This document shows, one piece after another, positions 25,925 to 36,008 of a stretch of DNA of 64,000 nucleotides (its first letter is position 1; each line of letters begins with the position of its first letter). This DNA is from Parcubacteria bacterium RAAC4_OD1_1 (GTDB taxonomy: Bacteria > Patescibacteriota > Minisyncoccia > Phycocordibacterales > UBA9973). The stretch spans positions 339,647-403,646 of the forward strand of contig AWSN01000001.1 in the NCBI GenBank assembly GCA_000505065.1. The letters run 5' to 3'. The position numbers and the translations under genes are program-made. The notes beneath the pieces were generated by a model. That model worked only from the letters and a program-made list of their open reading frames with translations. It ran no database searches and was not told the DNA's origin.

Positions 25925-28617
25925 ACATTAACAGGCTTCGCAATTTTTATGGGAGTAATACTCTTTTTCTTTTTCATTTCTATCAGTAATTCTTTATCTT
26001 TTAGAGTCACATAGACAGTATCTCCTTTTTTTACCCCTTTTGAAATCATAAAGTAAGCTACTTTATTTAAAATTTTACTTTGGATGAGTCTCGCAAGTGG
26101 TCTTGCTCCATAATGTGGATCATACCCAGTATCTGCGAGATAGTTTAATGCTTCTTCACTAATTTCTAAATTTATTCCTTTAGAGATAAGTCTATCTCGA
26201 ATAACTCCAATTTTTAAATCTACAATATTTCTAATTACTTCTTTTGAAAGAACATCAAATACAATCACATCATCAAGTCTATTTAAAAACTCTGGTCTAA
26301 AATGATCTTTTAAACTTTCTAAGACTTTATTTTTTGTATTATCATAATCTTTCTCGTTTGAATTATTGGAAAAACCAAGAGATTCCATCTTCTCTATAAA
26401 TTGTGATCCGATATTTGAAGTTAAAATTATTATTGTATTTTTAAAATTTACAACTCTGCCTTTTGCATCAGTAAGCCTACCTTCATCTAAAACTTGAAGT
26501 AAAATATTAAAAATCTCAGGATGTGCTTTTTCTATTTCATCAAACAATAAAACAGAATATGGCCTATGCCTTACTGCTTCGGTTAAATTTCCAGATTCAT
26601 CATACCCCACATACCCAGGAGGAGAACCAATAAGCTTGGAAACACTATGACGCTCCATATATTCACTCATATCCACTCTTATCAAAGCCTTATCATCATT
26701 AAACATAAATTCTGCTAATGCTTTAGTAAGTTCAGTCTTTCCTACTCCAGTAGGACCAAGGAAAATAAATGAACCAATTGGCCTATTTGGATCTGAAATA
26801 CCTGCTCTGTTTAATCTTACAACATCAGAAATTTTACTAATCGCTTCATCTTGACCAAGAACTCTTTTTTTAAGTTCTTCTTCCATATTTGAAAGTTTTT
26901 TTATTTCTTCTTCCATCATTTTAGAAAGCGGTATTCCAGTCCACCCAGAAACTACCGAAGCAATATCCTCAGATGTAATATCTTCTTTTAGAATTCTTCT
27001 TGATTTTTGAAGCTTCTTTAGTCTTGCTAATTTTGACTCCAATTTATTTTGAAGTTCAGGAATAAGTCCATATCTTATTTCAGCAGCTCTTCCTAGGTCA
27101 GATCTCATTTCAGCATTTTCTGCTTCAAGCCTTAATGTTTCCAACTGTTTCTTTATTGAGCGTATTTCAATTACAGTCTCTTTTTCATTTTTCCATTTAA
27201 GTTCTATTTCGTAAGTTTTCTCTTTTAGATTTGCAATTTCTTTTTCTATAATCTTTATTCTTTCTTTTGTTTCTTTTAAGGAAGAATGATTATCTTTTAT
27301 GTCTCTTTCCATTTCTTTAGTCAAAGCTTCTTTTTCAATTTCAAATCTCATTATTTTTCTATCAGTATCTTCAAGTATCTGTGGCTTATTCTCAAGCGCA
27401 AGTCGAAGTGAGGAACAAGCTTCATCGATTAAATCTACTGCCTTATCGGGAAGATATCGATTTGTGATATATCTTGAACTTAAATTTACTGCAGTGATAA
27501 TAGCATCATCTGTAATGCGTACCCCATGGAACAATTCATATTTTTCTTTAAGTCCACGAAGTATTGCTATGGCATCATCTATGTTTGGCTCATCTATATA
27601 TATAGGCTGAAAACGGCGAGCTAATGCTGGATCTTTTTCTATATGCTTCTGATATTCTTTTAAAGTTGTAGCCCCTATCACATGAAGTTCCCCACGAGCA
27701 AGTGCTGGCTTTAGCATATTTGAAGCATCAAGTGACCCTTCAGAAGCCCCAGCTCCTACGATTGTATGTATCTCATCAATAAATAAAATTATTTTTCCTT
27801 CTGCTTTTTCTATTTCTTTCATTATTCCACGCAATCTTTCTTCAAATTCCCCTCTGTATTTAGTCCCAGAAAGAAGGAGCCCTAAATCAAGAGCCACAAT
27901 TTCTTTGTCTCGCAAACTTTCGGGAATATCATTTTTAGCAATACGAATAGCTAAAGCTTCTGCAACTGCAGTCTTCCCAGTTCCTGCTTCACCTATAAGA
28001 ATAGGATTGTTTTTGGTTCTCCTAGAAAGGATTTGCATCATACGCATTATCTCTGTATCTCTTCCTATCACAGGGTCTAGTTTATCTTGTTTAGCAAGTA
28101 AAGTAAGATTCCTAGTAAATTTTGTAAGAAGTTTTGGCTTTTTAGAACTTGGGGAATCGATTGTATTTTTATCATTTTTAAAAAGTTCTAAAATATTTAT
28201 TATTTTACTTTTTTCTATTTTAAATTTTGCTAAAATTTCTTTTGCTTCACCTTTTGTTTCAAGTAAAGATAGAAATAAATGCTCTGTTCCTACAAATTCA
28301 TCTTTGAGTTCTGTGGCAACTTTTGAAGAATTTTCAATAGCTTGTGCAAGATCTGGGGTAAGGTATATCTGATAACTTGGTGAAACAGTATTTCTACTTT
28401 CAGGAGATTCTATCATTTCACTCAAATTATCTATAAGTAGAGTTGTGTCAATCTCCATTTTATCCAAAATAGATAAAACCAAAGAATCTTCTTGAATAAG
28501 AAGTGCTGTGAGTAAATGAAGTCCATTTACATGATTCTGCCCACGCTCAATAGCGAGCTCGTGAGCCTTTCTAATAACTTCCTTTGCTTTAGTTGTAAAA
28601 TGATTAAATGGGGGCAT
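25921..28617 (-). CDS. clpB: ATP-dependent chaperone ClpB (Clp_N, AAA-1, M-domain coiled coil, AAA-2)
   Basis: Walker A GEAGTGKTA and GPTGVGKTE, long coiled-coil middle domain, N-terminal Clp repeat. Confidence 0.9.
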   Translation of the reverse strand: MPPFNHFTTKAKEVIRKAHELAIERGQNHVNGLHLLTALLIQEDSLVLSILDKMEIDTTLLIDNLSEMIESPESRNTVSPSYQIYLTPDLAQAIENSSKVATELKDEFVGTEHLFLSLLETKGEAKEILAKFKIEKSKIINILELFKNDKNTIDSPSSKKPKLLTKFTRNLTLLAKQDKLDPVIGRDTEIMRMMQILSRRTKNNPILIGEAGTGKTAVAEALAIRIAKNDIPESLRDKEIVALDLGLLLSGTKYRGEFEERLRGIMKEIEKAEGKIILFIDEIHTIVGAGASEGSLDASNMLKPALARGELHVIGATTLKEYQKHIEKDPALARRFQPIYIDEPNIDDAIAILRGLKEKYELFHGVRITDDAIITAVNLSSRYITNRYLPDKAVDLIDEACSSLRLALENKPQILEDTDRKIMRFEIEKEALTKEMERDIKDNHSSLKETKERIKIIEKEIANLKEKTYEIELKWKNEKETVIEIRSIKKQLETLRLEAENAEMRSDLGRAAEIRYGLIPELQNKLESKLARLKKLQKSRRILKEDITSEDIASVVSGWTGIPLSKMMEEEIKKLSNMEEELKKRVLGQDEAISKISDVVRLNRAGISDPNRPIGSFIFLGPTGVGKTELTKALAEFMFNDDKALIRVDMSEYMERHSVSKLIGSPPGYVGYDESGNLTEAVRHRPYSVLLFDEIEKAHPEIFNILLQVLDEGRLTDAKGRVVNFKNTIIILTSNIGSQFIEKMESLGFSNNSNEKDYDNTKNKVLESLKDHFRPEFLNRLDDVIVFDVLSKEVIRNIVDLKIGVIRDRLISKGINLEISEEALNYLADTGYDPHYGARPLARLIQSKILNKVAYFMISKGVKKGDTVYVTLKDKELLIEMKKKKSITPIKIAKPVNV

Positions 28618-28722
28618 AAAATTTATTATATATAATTAATTAAAATTGTCTGGAGGTATATTATACCACTTCTCGCCCCGTAGTAAAATTTAAATGCTTT
28701 TAATTTAAATTTTTACTTCTGG

Positions 28723-28745
28723 GGTGATTAAATGGGGGCATAAAT
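28723..28745 (-). repeat. 23-nt duplicate of the clpB start region (ATGCCCCCATTTAATCAcccc)
   Basis: Direct repeat of 28597-28620 lying 126 bp upstream of the real start. An extended -10 (TGGTATAAT, about 28655-28663, minus strand) sits between the copies. Confidence 0.5.
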
Positions 28746-28794
28746 AAAATAATTACTAATTAATAATTACCAGTTAAAAATATAAATATTGGTT

Positions 28795-29334
28795 TTAATT
28801 TTCTTTATTCTCTGACTGAATAATCGTATCAGTATTTTCTGGTTGTGTTGATTTTTCTTCTTCAATCTCTGATTTTTCTTTAATACTTAAAATAGCAAAT
28901 CCATTGTCATATTTTTTTACTACACTTGCATCAAATTCTATTTCTCCTAAAACTATAAAATATTTTTCATCTCCATTTAAAATATTTTCATCGACAAGTA
29001 TTAACCCTGTATCAGAAATGAGAACACCTTCACCTAAAATATTATTTTCTAAAATTTCATCTTTATATATTTTTATAAGTACATCTCCCGATGAAATTAA
29101 AGAATTTTTAGGTTGTTCGTTTGAAGTAGAAATATTTTCTTCTTTTGATGGTTCTGTAACTGTTGTCACTTTTTCAATAGTTCTTTGTATGACATTGTTT
29201 ACAGTATAGGGGACACTTTTAGGCATCTGGTTCATCAAAGAAACAGTAATTATTCCTGTTGCTATAGAAACAATAAAAGTTATAAGTAATGTGAGTAAAA
29301 TAAGTTGTTTTTTATCTAAATCTTTAATATCCAT
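28795..29334 (-). CDS. membrane-anchored hypothetical protein
   Basis: 179 aa, one N-terminal TM, acidic C-terminus. Confidence 0.45.
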   Translation of the reverse strand: MDIKDLDKKQLILLTLLITFIVSIATGIITVSLMNQMPKSVPYTVNNVIQRTIEKVTTVTEPSKEENISTSNEQPKNSLISSGDVLIKIYKDEILENNILGEGVLISDTGLILVDENILNGDEKYFIVLGEIEFDASVVKKYDNGFAILSIKEKSEIEEEKSTQPENTDTIIQSENKEN

Positions 29335-29448
29335 ATTACTATTATATCACAAAAGTCAATCTATTTCCACCCCTTAATTAACGGTCTGATTCTATTAATA
29401 AACTCCTAGCAAGGACGGTCCTTGCTACTTGCTAGGATACTAGGATTA

Positions 29449-30672
29449 TTAAGATTTTTTGAAATTCTTATATTTATTAAGAATTTTAATTAAAGAAGAA
29501 ATAAGATAGTCTATATCCATCTTTTTAGTCCCCCGTCCAAGAGAGATACGAACAGATCCTTCTTCTTTATTTTTAGAACAAGTTTTTCTTATTGCTTTAA
29601 TAACATATGAGGAATTTTCATCGCTAGAGTGGCAAGCACTTTTCTCGGACACTTCTATCCCCATAGCATCAAGCTCTACAACCAAAAGTTCACTAGATAT
29701 CCCTAATACTGAAATATTTATATTATTGGGAAGTCTAGCATCTTTATCTCCATTTAAAATAATTTTATATCCTGTTTTTTCTCTTATATAATTTATATTA
29801 TTTATAAAATAATTACGAATTTGTATTAATCTTTTTGATTCTTTTTCTTTTATTAATTCAGTAATTTCTAATGCCTTTGCAAGACCTACAATACTTGAAA
29901 CATTTTCTGTCCCCGAACGTAATCCCATTTCCTGTCCTCCACCTTTATATATTGGAGATATATTTATATTTCTTTTTTTATAAAGTACTCCAATACCCTT
30001 TGGTCCATAAATTTTTGCTCCATTAAAAGACATCATATCTACTCCTAATTTTTCAATATTGGAAATAAACAAATAATTTAAGGCCTGACAAGCATCAGTA
30101 TGAAAAATAGGAAAAGTTTTATTATTATGTTTTTTATAATGTCTAATCTCTTTTGCAATCTCTTCTATTTTTTGAATTGTACCTATTTCATTATTTGCAT
30201 ACATAATAGAAACCAGGATAGTATTGTCTTTAATAACATCTTTAATATCTTTTGGATTTATGATTCCATCTTTATCTGGATTTATATATGTTACCTCTAC
30301 CTCTTTTTTTTCTTCTAAAAGTTTACAATTTTCAAGTACAGCCGGATGTTCTATTGTTGAAGTAATAATATGTGGAATAATATTTCCATTAATAGATCTA
30401 AAATATTCTATGGTCCCCAAAATAGCGAGAGCGTCACTCTCTGTACCACTTCCAGTAAAGAATATCTCATCACTGTGAGCATTTATAATTCTAGCTATTT
30501 TTTCTCTTGACTCTTCTATTTTTTCTCTCACCCTAACCCCAAGAGTGTGTATAGAATTTGGATTTGCATAAAGAGAATTCGTCTCTCGCATAACAAAAGA
30601 AACCCGTTTATCAATTGGACAAGAAGAGGCGTAATCTAAATATATTCTTTTTTTATTAAATAAATTAATCAT
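29449..30672 (-). CDS. cysteine desulfurase / class V aminotransferase (IscS/NifS-like)
   Basis: PLP-fold motifs HTDACQAL and SFNGAKIYGPKGIGVLY; start set at MINLFNKK. Confidence 0.8.
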   Translation of the reverse strand: MINLFNKKRIYLDYASSCPIDKRVSFVMRETNSLYANPNSIHTLGVRVREKIEESREKIARIINAHSDEIFFTGSGTESDALAILGTIEYFRSINGNIIPHIITSTIEHPAVLENCKLLEEKKEVEVTYINPDKDGIINPKDIKDVIKDNTILVSIMYANNEIGTIQKIEEIAKEIRHYKKHNNKTFPIFHTDACQALNYLFISNIEKLGVDMMSFNGAKIYGPKGIGVLYKKRNINISPIYKGGGQEMGLRSGTENVSSIVGLAKALEITELIKEKESKRLIQIRNYFINNINYIREKTGYKIILNGDKDARLPNNINISVLGISSELLVVELDAMGIEVSEKSACHSSDENSSYVIKAIRKTCSKNKEEGSVRISLGRGTKKMDIDYLISSLIKILNKYKNFKKS

Positions 30673-30718
30673 ATTGCTACACAATATAATATAGCACAAC
30701 ATTGTAAAAAAGGCTTTA

Positions 30719-31186
30719 TTGGTATATACTCTTAAAGTTATGACTATTTCTATTTTAATTTATATATTAGTGGTACTTATTATAATACTTTTAGTATGGA
30801 ACACACTTCTAGAAAGAAGGTTTAAAAGGCTTTTTATGGGAACAAAAGCAAAAGATTTAGAAGAAATTATGATATACCTAGGTAAACAAGTAGAAAATAT
30901 TAAAAACAGCCAGATCGATACAAAAAAACATTTAAATATTATAGATTCTAGATTAGATAAAACAGTTAGAAATGTAGAAATGATAAGATTTAATCCATTT
31001 ATAGATGCCGGAAGCAATCAAAGTTTTGCAATAGCATTTATAAACGATGAAGGAGATGGGGTTGTAATGTCTAGTCTTTATGCTAGAGATAGAATGAGTA
31101 TTTTTGCTAAACCAATAAATAAAGGCAAATCAACTTTTGAATTATCAACAGAAGAAAAAGAAGTTTTAGAAAAAGCTTTAAAATAA
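30719..31186 (+). CDS. DUF4446-like membrane-anchored protein
   Basis: N-terminal TM, then RFNPFIDAGSNQSFAIAFINDEGDGVVMSSLYARDR. Confidence 0.5.
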   Translation: MVYTLKVMTISILIYILVVLIIILLVWNTLLERRFKRLFMGTKAKDLEEIMIYLGKQVENIKNSQIDTKKHLNIIDSRLDKTVRNVEMIRFNPFIDAGSNQSFAIAFINDEGDGVVMSSLYARDRMSIFAKPINKGKSTFELSTEEKEVLEKALK

Positions 31187-31189
31187 ATT

Positions 31190-32707
31190 ATGAATGATAA
31201 AGATCCACAAAAAAATATTATTAAAACCAAAAGACCACCAGTAGTGGTTGTTATGGGGCATGTGGATCATGGTAAATCTACCTTGCTTGATTATATAAGA
31301 AAAACAAATATAGTAGCCGGAGAGGCTGGTGGTATCACTCAACACATCAGTGCTTATGAAGTCAATCACAAAGATGAAAATAAAAATGATAGAAAAATTA
31401 CTTTTCTAGATACCCCAGGTCATGAAGCCTTTTCAAAAATGAGAGAACGTGGAGCAATGGCTGCAGATATCGCTATACTTGTAGTTTCAGCTGAAGATTC
31501 TGTTAAAGCTCAGACAATAGAAGCTTACAATACAATAATAGAAAGCAAGACACCTTATATTGTAGCTATAAATAAAATAGATAGACCAAATGCCAATGTA
31601 GAAAAAACCAAAATGGATCTAGTGGAAAAAGGTATATATCTCGAAGGTCTAGGTGGAGATATTTCATACGTAATGATATCAGCAAAAACTGGAGCTGGTA
31701 TAAATGATCTTTTAGATATGATAATACTTGTTTCTGATATGAATGACTTTACTGGTAATAATGAAATTCCAGCAAGTGGATTTATCATTGAAGCAAATAG
31801 AGATCCTAAAAGAGGAGTAACTGCCACTTGTGTAATAAAAAATGGAACAATAAAATCTGGGATGTTTGTAGTCGCAGGTACTGCTTTAGTAACAACAAGA
31901 ATAATGGAAAACTTTATGGGTAAAATAATAAAAGAAGCTACTTTTTCATCCCCTATTAGACTAGTTGGATTCGAATCTTTACCTCAAGTTGGATCATCTT
32001 TTGAATCATTTAATACAAAAAAAGAAGCAGAAGCTTATATAGAAATGATTAAAAATGAAACTATAAATAAATGTAAAAATAACCAATTTGAAAATGAAAC
32101 AAAAAAAATTATCCCAATATTAATAAAAACAGATGTATCAGGGACAGTTGAAGCAATAGAAAAAGAAATAAACAAACTAAATAATGAAGAAATATGTTTC
32201 AAAATAATCGGATCTGGGATAGGAGCTATTAATGAATCTGATTTAAAACTTGCCGGAATAAACAAAGAAGGTATTATTGTTGGTTTTGGGGTCAAAATGG
32301 ACAATGCTTCTAAAGATTTAAATGAATCACTTGGTGTAAATATAAAATTATTTGATATTATTTACAAACTAACAGACTGGCTAAAAGAACTTATAGAAGA
32401 AAGAAGACCAAGACAAGAAATCAAAGAAATAATAGGAGAACTGAAAGTTCTTAAAATATTTGGAGAAACAAAAGGAAAAAGAGTTATTGGTGGTAAGGTG
32501 ATAAAAGGAAGAATTGCTCAAGGCTCTAATATAAAAATAATACGAAGAGATTTTGAAATAGGAACAGGGAAAATTGTCGAGCTACAATTAAATAAAATAA
32601 AAGTAAAAGAGGTGTTAGAAGATACCGAGTGTGGAGCTCTTATAGAAACAAAAGTAGATGTATCGAGCGGAGATATACTTGAATCATTTTTAATGACCTT
32701 AAAATAA
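31190..32707 (+). CDS. infB: translation initiation factor IF-2 (short form starting at G domain)
   Basis: VVVVMGHVDHGKSTLLD, DTPGHEAF, NKID G-motifs; C-terminal beta-barrel domains. Confidence 0.9.
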   Translation: MNDKDPQKNIIKTKRPPVVVVMGHVDHGKSTLLDYIRKTNIVAGEAGGITQHISAYEVNHKDENKNDRKITFLDTPGHEAFSKMRERGAMAADIAILVVSAEDSVKAQTIEAYNTIIESKTPYIVAINKIDRPNANVEKTKMDLVEKGIYLEGLGGDISYVMISAKTGAGINDLLDMIILVSDMNDFTGNNEIPASGFIIEANRDPKRGVTATCVIKNGTIKSGMFVVAGTALVTTRIMENFMGKIIKEATFSSPIRLVGFESLPQVGSSFESFNTKKEAEAYIEMIKNETINKCKNNQFENETKKIIPILIKTDVSGTVEAIEKEINKLNNEEICFKIIGSGIGAINESDLKLAGINKEGIIVGFGVKMDNASKDLNESLGVNIKLFDIIYKLTDWLKELIEERRPRQEIKEIIGELKVLKIFGETKGKRVIGGKVIKGRIAQGSNIKIIRRDFEIGTGKIVELQLNKIKVKEVLEDTECGALIETKVDVSSGDILESFLMTLK

Positions 32708-32715
32708 TTAATAAA

Positions 32716-33042
32716 ATGTCTAATTTTAGAGATATAAAAATAGAAAATAGAGTAAAAGAATTATCTGCTAGCTTTATTGAAAGAGAAGCTAGCCCTTCTT
32801 CTCTTATTACTGTCACAAGAGTACTGATGAGCAAAGACAGTAAAAAGGCTAAAATTATGATAAGCGTTTTGCCTAAAGAAAAAGAAAATGCGGCTTATGG
32901 ATTTATAAAAAGAAATTTAGGAGAAATGAGAAAATACATATCTTCAAGTCTAAAAATAAATCCTATCCCCTTTTTAGATGTAGAAATAGACGAAGGAGAA
33001 AAAAATCGCCAAAAAATTGACGAATTGCTAAATAATAGTTAG
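32716..33042 (+). CDS. rbfA: ribosome-binding factor A
   Basis: KH-like RbfA core LITVTRVLMSKDSKKAKIMISVL; immediately downstream of infB as in most bacteria. Confidence 0.75.
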   Translation: MSNFRDIKIENRVKELSASFIEREASPSSLITVTRVLMSKDSKKAKIMISVLPKEKENAAYGFIKRNLGEMRKYISSSLKINPIPFLDVEIDEGEKNRQKIDELLNNS

Positions 33043-33071
33043 TATTAAACTACTGAGAAGAAAATCTACAC

Positions 33072-33168
33072 CAAATAGCTCTTCTCAAAATGCACACATA
33101 ATTTTCTGCTGAAAATTTGCTCTGCTCGGCTCGACAGCCTGCGCAAGGCATTTCTCAAAGACTATTTG
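33072..33168 (-). repeat. structured repeat family 1, copy C (inverted orientation)
   Basis: Reverse complement reads aatagtctttgagaaatgccttgcgcagg-CTGTCGAG-ccgagcagagcaaattttcagcagaaaattatgtgtgcattttgagaagagctattt. Confidence 0.8.
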
Positions 33169-33186
33169 GTTTCGATTTTTAAATAT

Positions 33187-33258
33187 CGGCGTGGTAGCCA
33201 AGTGGTAAGGCAGAGATCTGCAAAATCTCTATGCAGCGGTTCAATTCCGCTCCACGCC
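33187..33258 (+). tRNA. tRNA-Cys (anticodon GCA)
   Basis: Acceptor GGCGTGG/CCACGCC, anticodon stem GAGAT/ATCTC with loop CT-GCA-AA, discriminator U. Confidence 0.85.
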
Positions 33259-33261
33259 TCA

Positions 33262-33305
33262 AAAAAAATGCATTACTTCTTTCACAAAGCAATGCATTTT
33301 TATTT
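33262..33305 (+). terminator. terminator after tRNA-Cys
   Basis: aaaaatgcattacttctttcacaaagcaatgcattttt. Confidence 0.55.
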
Positions 33306-33736
33306 TAATCCGCCAGAACTGTTTCGGCTGTTTTAAAGTACCACATATACGCCAATATTTCTGCTAAAAATAGTATTGTCGCAATTGCAATACCAAACAT
33401 CACTCCAAAAAAGAAACAGGAGATCAGATTAATCATGCAGGCTGCGGCAAATCCCACAAAAAGACTTGCCGACATGTATCCGCTTTTGAATAATGCAAAT
33501 ATGCTTTGCAAAAATAAATACAAAAAAGCGTAAACAAAAAACAACTGGAACTTCACTCCCACAGAATCCCAGTATGACAAATTGCCGAAACTGAAATCTT
33601 GTGGTTCGAATTTTGCATAGAATCCAATCAGCAATTTGTATAAAACAAAAGCTGAAATTAAAAAGAATAGTACCCTTGTACTTACCTTGTAAGCCATAGA
33701 GTTTGACAATTCATTTTGGTTCATTTTTTGAAACAT
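33305..33736 (-). CDS. 4-TM membrane protein, unknown function
   Basis: 143-aa hydrophobic ORF. Confidence 0.45.
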   Translation of the reverse strand: MFQKMNQNELSNSMAYKVSTRVLFFLISAFVLYKLLIGFYAKFEPQDFSFGNLSYWDSVGVKFQLFFVYAFLYLFLQSIFALFKSGYMSASLFVGFAAACMINLISCFFFGVMFGIAIATILFLAEILAYMWYFKTAETVLAD

Positions 33737-33811
33737 TTAATTTTAATATGAGTTTACATCTAAAATAAAATTTGTCAATATTTGTTTTTTTTGTTATTAT
33801 CTCTTTTATAA

Positions 33812-33895
33812 GCCGGGGTGGCGAAATTGGCAGACGCACTTGCCTTAGGAGCAAGCGGAAGAAATTCCATGGAGGTTCAAGTCCTCTCCCCGGCA
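33812..33895 (+). tRNA. tRNA-Leu (anticodon TAG), type II
   Basis: Acceptor GCCGGGG/CCCCGGC, anticodon stem CTTGC/GCAAG with loop CT-TAG-GA, long variable arm. Confidence 0.85.
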
Positions 33896-33938
33896 CAATT
33901 TATTGCAAAAATAGCCAGAGTATGCTAATATACTAATT

Positions 33939-34172
33939 ATGACGATTATTGCTAATATATTACCTTATTTGCAGATTATTTTATCTATAATACTTGTAGT
34001 TGCTATTCTATTTCAGCAATCCAATGCTGGTGTAGGTGGTGCTTTAGGAGGAGGAGATGGAGATGGACTATATCACACACGTAGAGGTTTTGATAAGTTT
34101 ATTTTTATGGTTACTATAGTTATATCTATCCTCTTTGCTATTTCTGCAATAATCGCTGTTTTAATTAAATAA
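33939..34172 (+). CDS. secG: preprotein translocase subunit SecG
   Basis: 77 aa, two TM helices flanking a Gly-rich loop (SNAGVGGALGGGDGDGLYHTRRG). Confidence 0.7.
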   Translation: MTIIANILPYLQIILSIILVVAILFQQSNAGVGGALGGGDGDGLYHTRRGFDKFIFMVTIVISILFAISAIIAVLIK

Positions 34173-34213
34173 CTTAATTTTAAATAAATAAGTTATTTGT
34201 TCTGAATGCATTT

Positions 34214-36007
34214 ATGCATAATTTAATCTCATTTCTAAAAGAATTTAAATTTTATAAAAAAGATGAAATCTTAGAAAGCATAGCATCTTTCAAAAAAAGA
34301 GAGCTTTTGTTATTCATATCTATTTTTATAGTAACTTTTACATCATTTGTATTACTTATAAGTAAAATAAACAATACTTTTAGCATAGAAGTACCTACTG
34401 ATGGTGGTAGTGTAACCGAGGGTATTATAGGTATGACAAATCTAGTAAATCCAGTACTTGCCACTTCTGATGCAGATAAAGATTTAACCCTACTCGTATA
34501 TTCAGGGTTAATGAGAAAAAGCATAGATGGTACCCTAATCCCAGATCTAGCAGAAGAATACCCCACCATATCTACAGATGGCAAAACTTATACATTTAAA
34601 ATACGAGGTGATGCAAAATTTCATAATGGCGTTGAAGTTAAATCAGATGATATAATTTTTACAATAGAAAAAATTAAAGACTCTTCAATAAAAAGTCCAA
34701 AGAAAATAATTTGGGATAATATAAATATTAAAAAAATAGATGAAAAAACAATAGAATTTATTCTTCCAGAACCATATATATACTTCTTAGATAACACCAC
34801 ACTAGGTATACTTCCATCTTCTTTATGGAAAAAGGTAAATTCTTCAGAATTTGGAATCTCACCTTTAAACATAAAAGCTGTAGGTTCTGGTCCATATAAA
34901 ATAAAATCAGTTAAAAAAGACAACGATGGGATACCAGAAAAATATGAATTAGAAAGTTTTAATAATTTTACACTCGGTAAACCTCACATCAAATATCTCA
35001 CCATTATATCTTATGCAAATGAAAAAGATCTCATCAAAGCTCTAAATTCTGGATCTATAGATCAAGCTAATGGTATAAGTGCAAATAACATAAAAAATAT
35101 AAATGAGAATGATTTCAATATTACAACAGCAACACTCTCTAGATTATTTGGATTATTTTTTAATAATACAGACAACAAAATATTAGAAGATACATCTGTA
35201 ATTAAAGCAATAAACCTAAGTTTGGACAGAAATATTATAATAGAACAAGTCTTGGGTGGGTATGGTACCCCCATAAACAACCCTGTTCCAGAAAGTATCG
35301 TCAACTATAACGACAATATCCTCTCAAATAAAATTGAAGCTGTAAGTTTATTAGAAAAAGCAGGATGGACACTAAGAGAAGATGGTTTTAGAGCAAAAGG
35401 AGGAGATGTCGTGACCACTCAAACTAAAAAAGTAAATGGCAAAACAATAAAACAAGAAGTAAAAACCAATACTCCACTTACTAATCTTGTAATATCCATA
35501 ACCACAGGCGACACTCCAGAATTAAGAACTACAGCAATACTCGTCAAAGAACAATTAGAGCAAATAGGTATAAAAGTTGAAATTAAAAAAGTTTTTGAAA
35601 CAGGACAATTAAATCAAATAATAAGAGATCGTGATTATGAAGTATTACTTTTTGGACAAGTAGTAAACAATGAATCTGATCTTTATTCATTCTGGCATTC
35701 ATCTCAAAAGAATGATCCGGGGTTAAATATTGCAATGTATAATAATAAAAAAGTTGATACATTATTAGAATCTGTTCAAAATATATTATCTTTTGAACAG
35801 AGATTACCAAAATATGAGGATTTGTATAAAGAATTTAATTTAAACATTCCTGCAGTATTTATATACTCACCAAAATATTTATATATAACATCAAAGAAAT
35901 TAAATAACGTGTCCTTAGACACAATAAGAACTCAGTCAGACAGATTCCTATCTATATACGAATGGTATGCAGACAAAGATAATGTTTGGAAAGTTTTTGA
36001 AAAATAA
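34214..36007 (+). CDS. ABC transporter substrate-binding protein, family 5 (peptide/nickel type)
   Basis: N-terminal anchor, SBP_bac_5-like core (FHNGVEVKSDDIIFTIE...). Confidence 0.75.
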   Translation: MHNLISFLKEFKFYKKDEILESIASFKKRELLLFISIFIVTFTSFVLLISKINNTFSIEVPTDGGSVTEGIIGMTNLVNPVLATSDADKDLTLLVYSGLMRKSIDGTLIPDLAEEYPTISTDGKTYTFKIRGDAKFHNGVEVKSDDIIFTIEKIKDSSIKSPKKIIWDNINIKKIDEKTIEFILPEPYIYFLDNTTLGILPSSLWKKVNSSEFGISPLNIKAVGSGPYKIKSVKKDNDGIPEKYELESFNNFTLGKPHIKYLTIISYANEKDLIKALNSGSIDQANGISANNIKNINENDFNITTATLSRLFGLFFNNTDNKILEDTSVIKAINLSLDRNIIIEQVLGGYGTPINNPVPESIVNYNDNILSNKIEAVSLLEKAGWTLREDGFRAKGGDVVTTQTKKVNGKTIKQEVKTNTPLTNLVISITTGDTPELRTTAILVKEQLEQIGIKVEIKKVFETGQLNQIIRDRDYEVLLFGQVVNNESDLYSFWHSSQKNDPGLNIAMYNNKKVDTLLESVQNILSFEQRLPKYEDLYKEFNLNIPAVFIYSPKYLYITSKKLNNVSLDTIRTQSDRFLSIYEWYADKDNVWKVFEK

Positions 36008-36008
36008 A

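Noticed and set aside
33711-33896. 61-aa ORF overlapping tRNA-Leu
   Set aside because: Covers a canonical tRNA gene; spurious.
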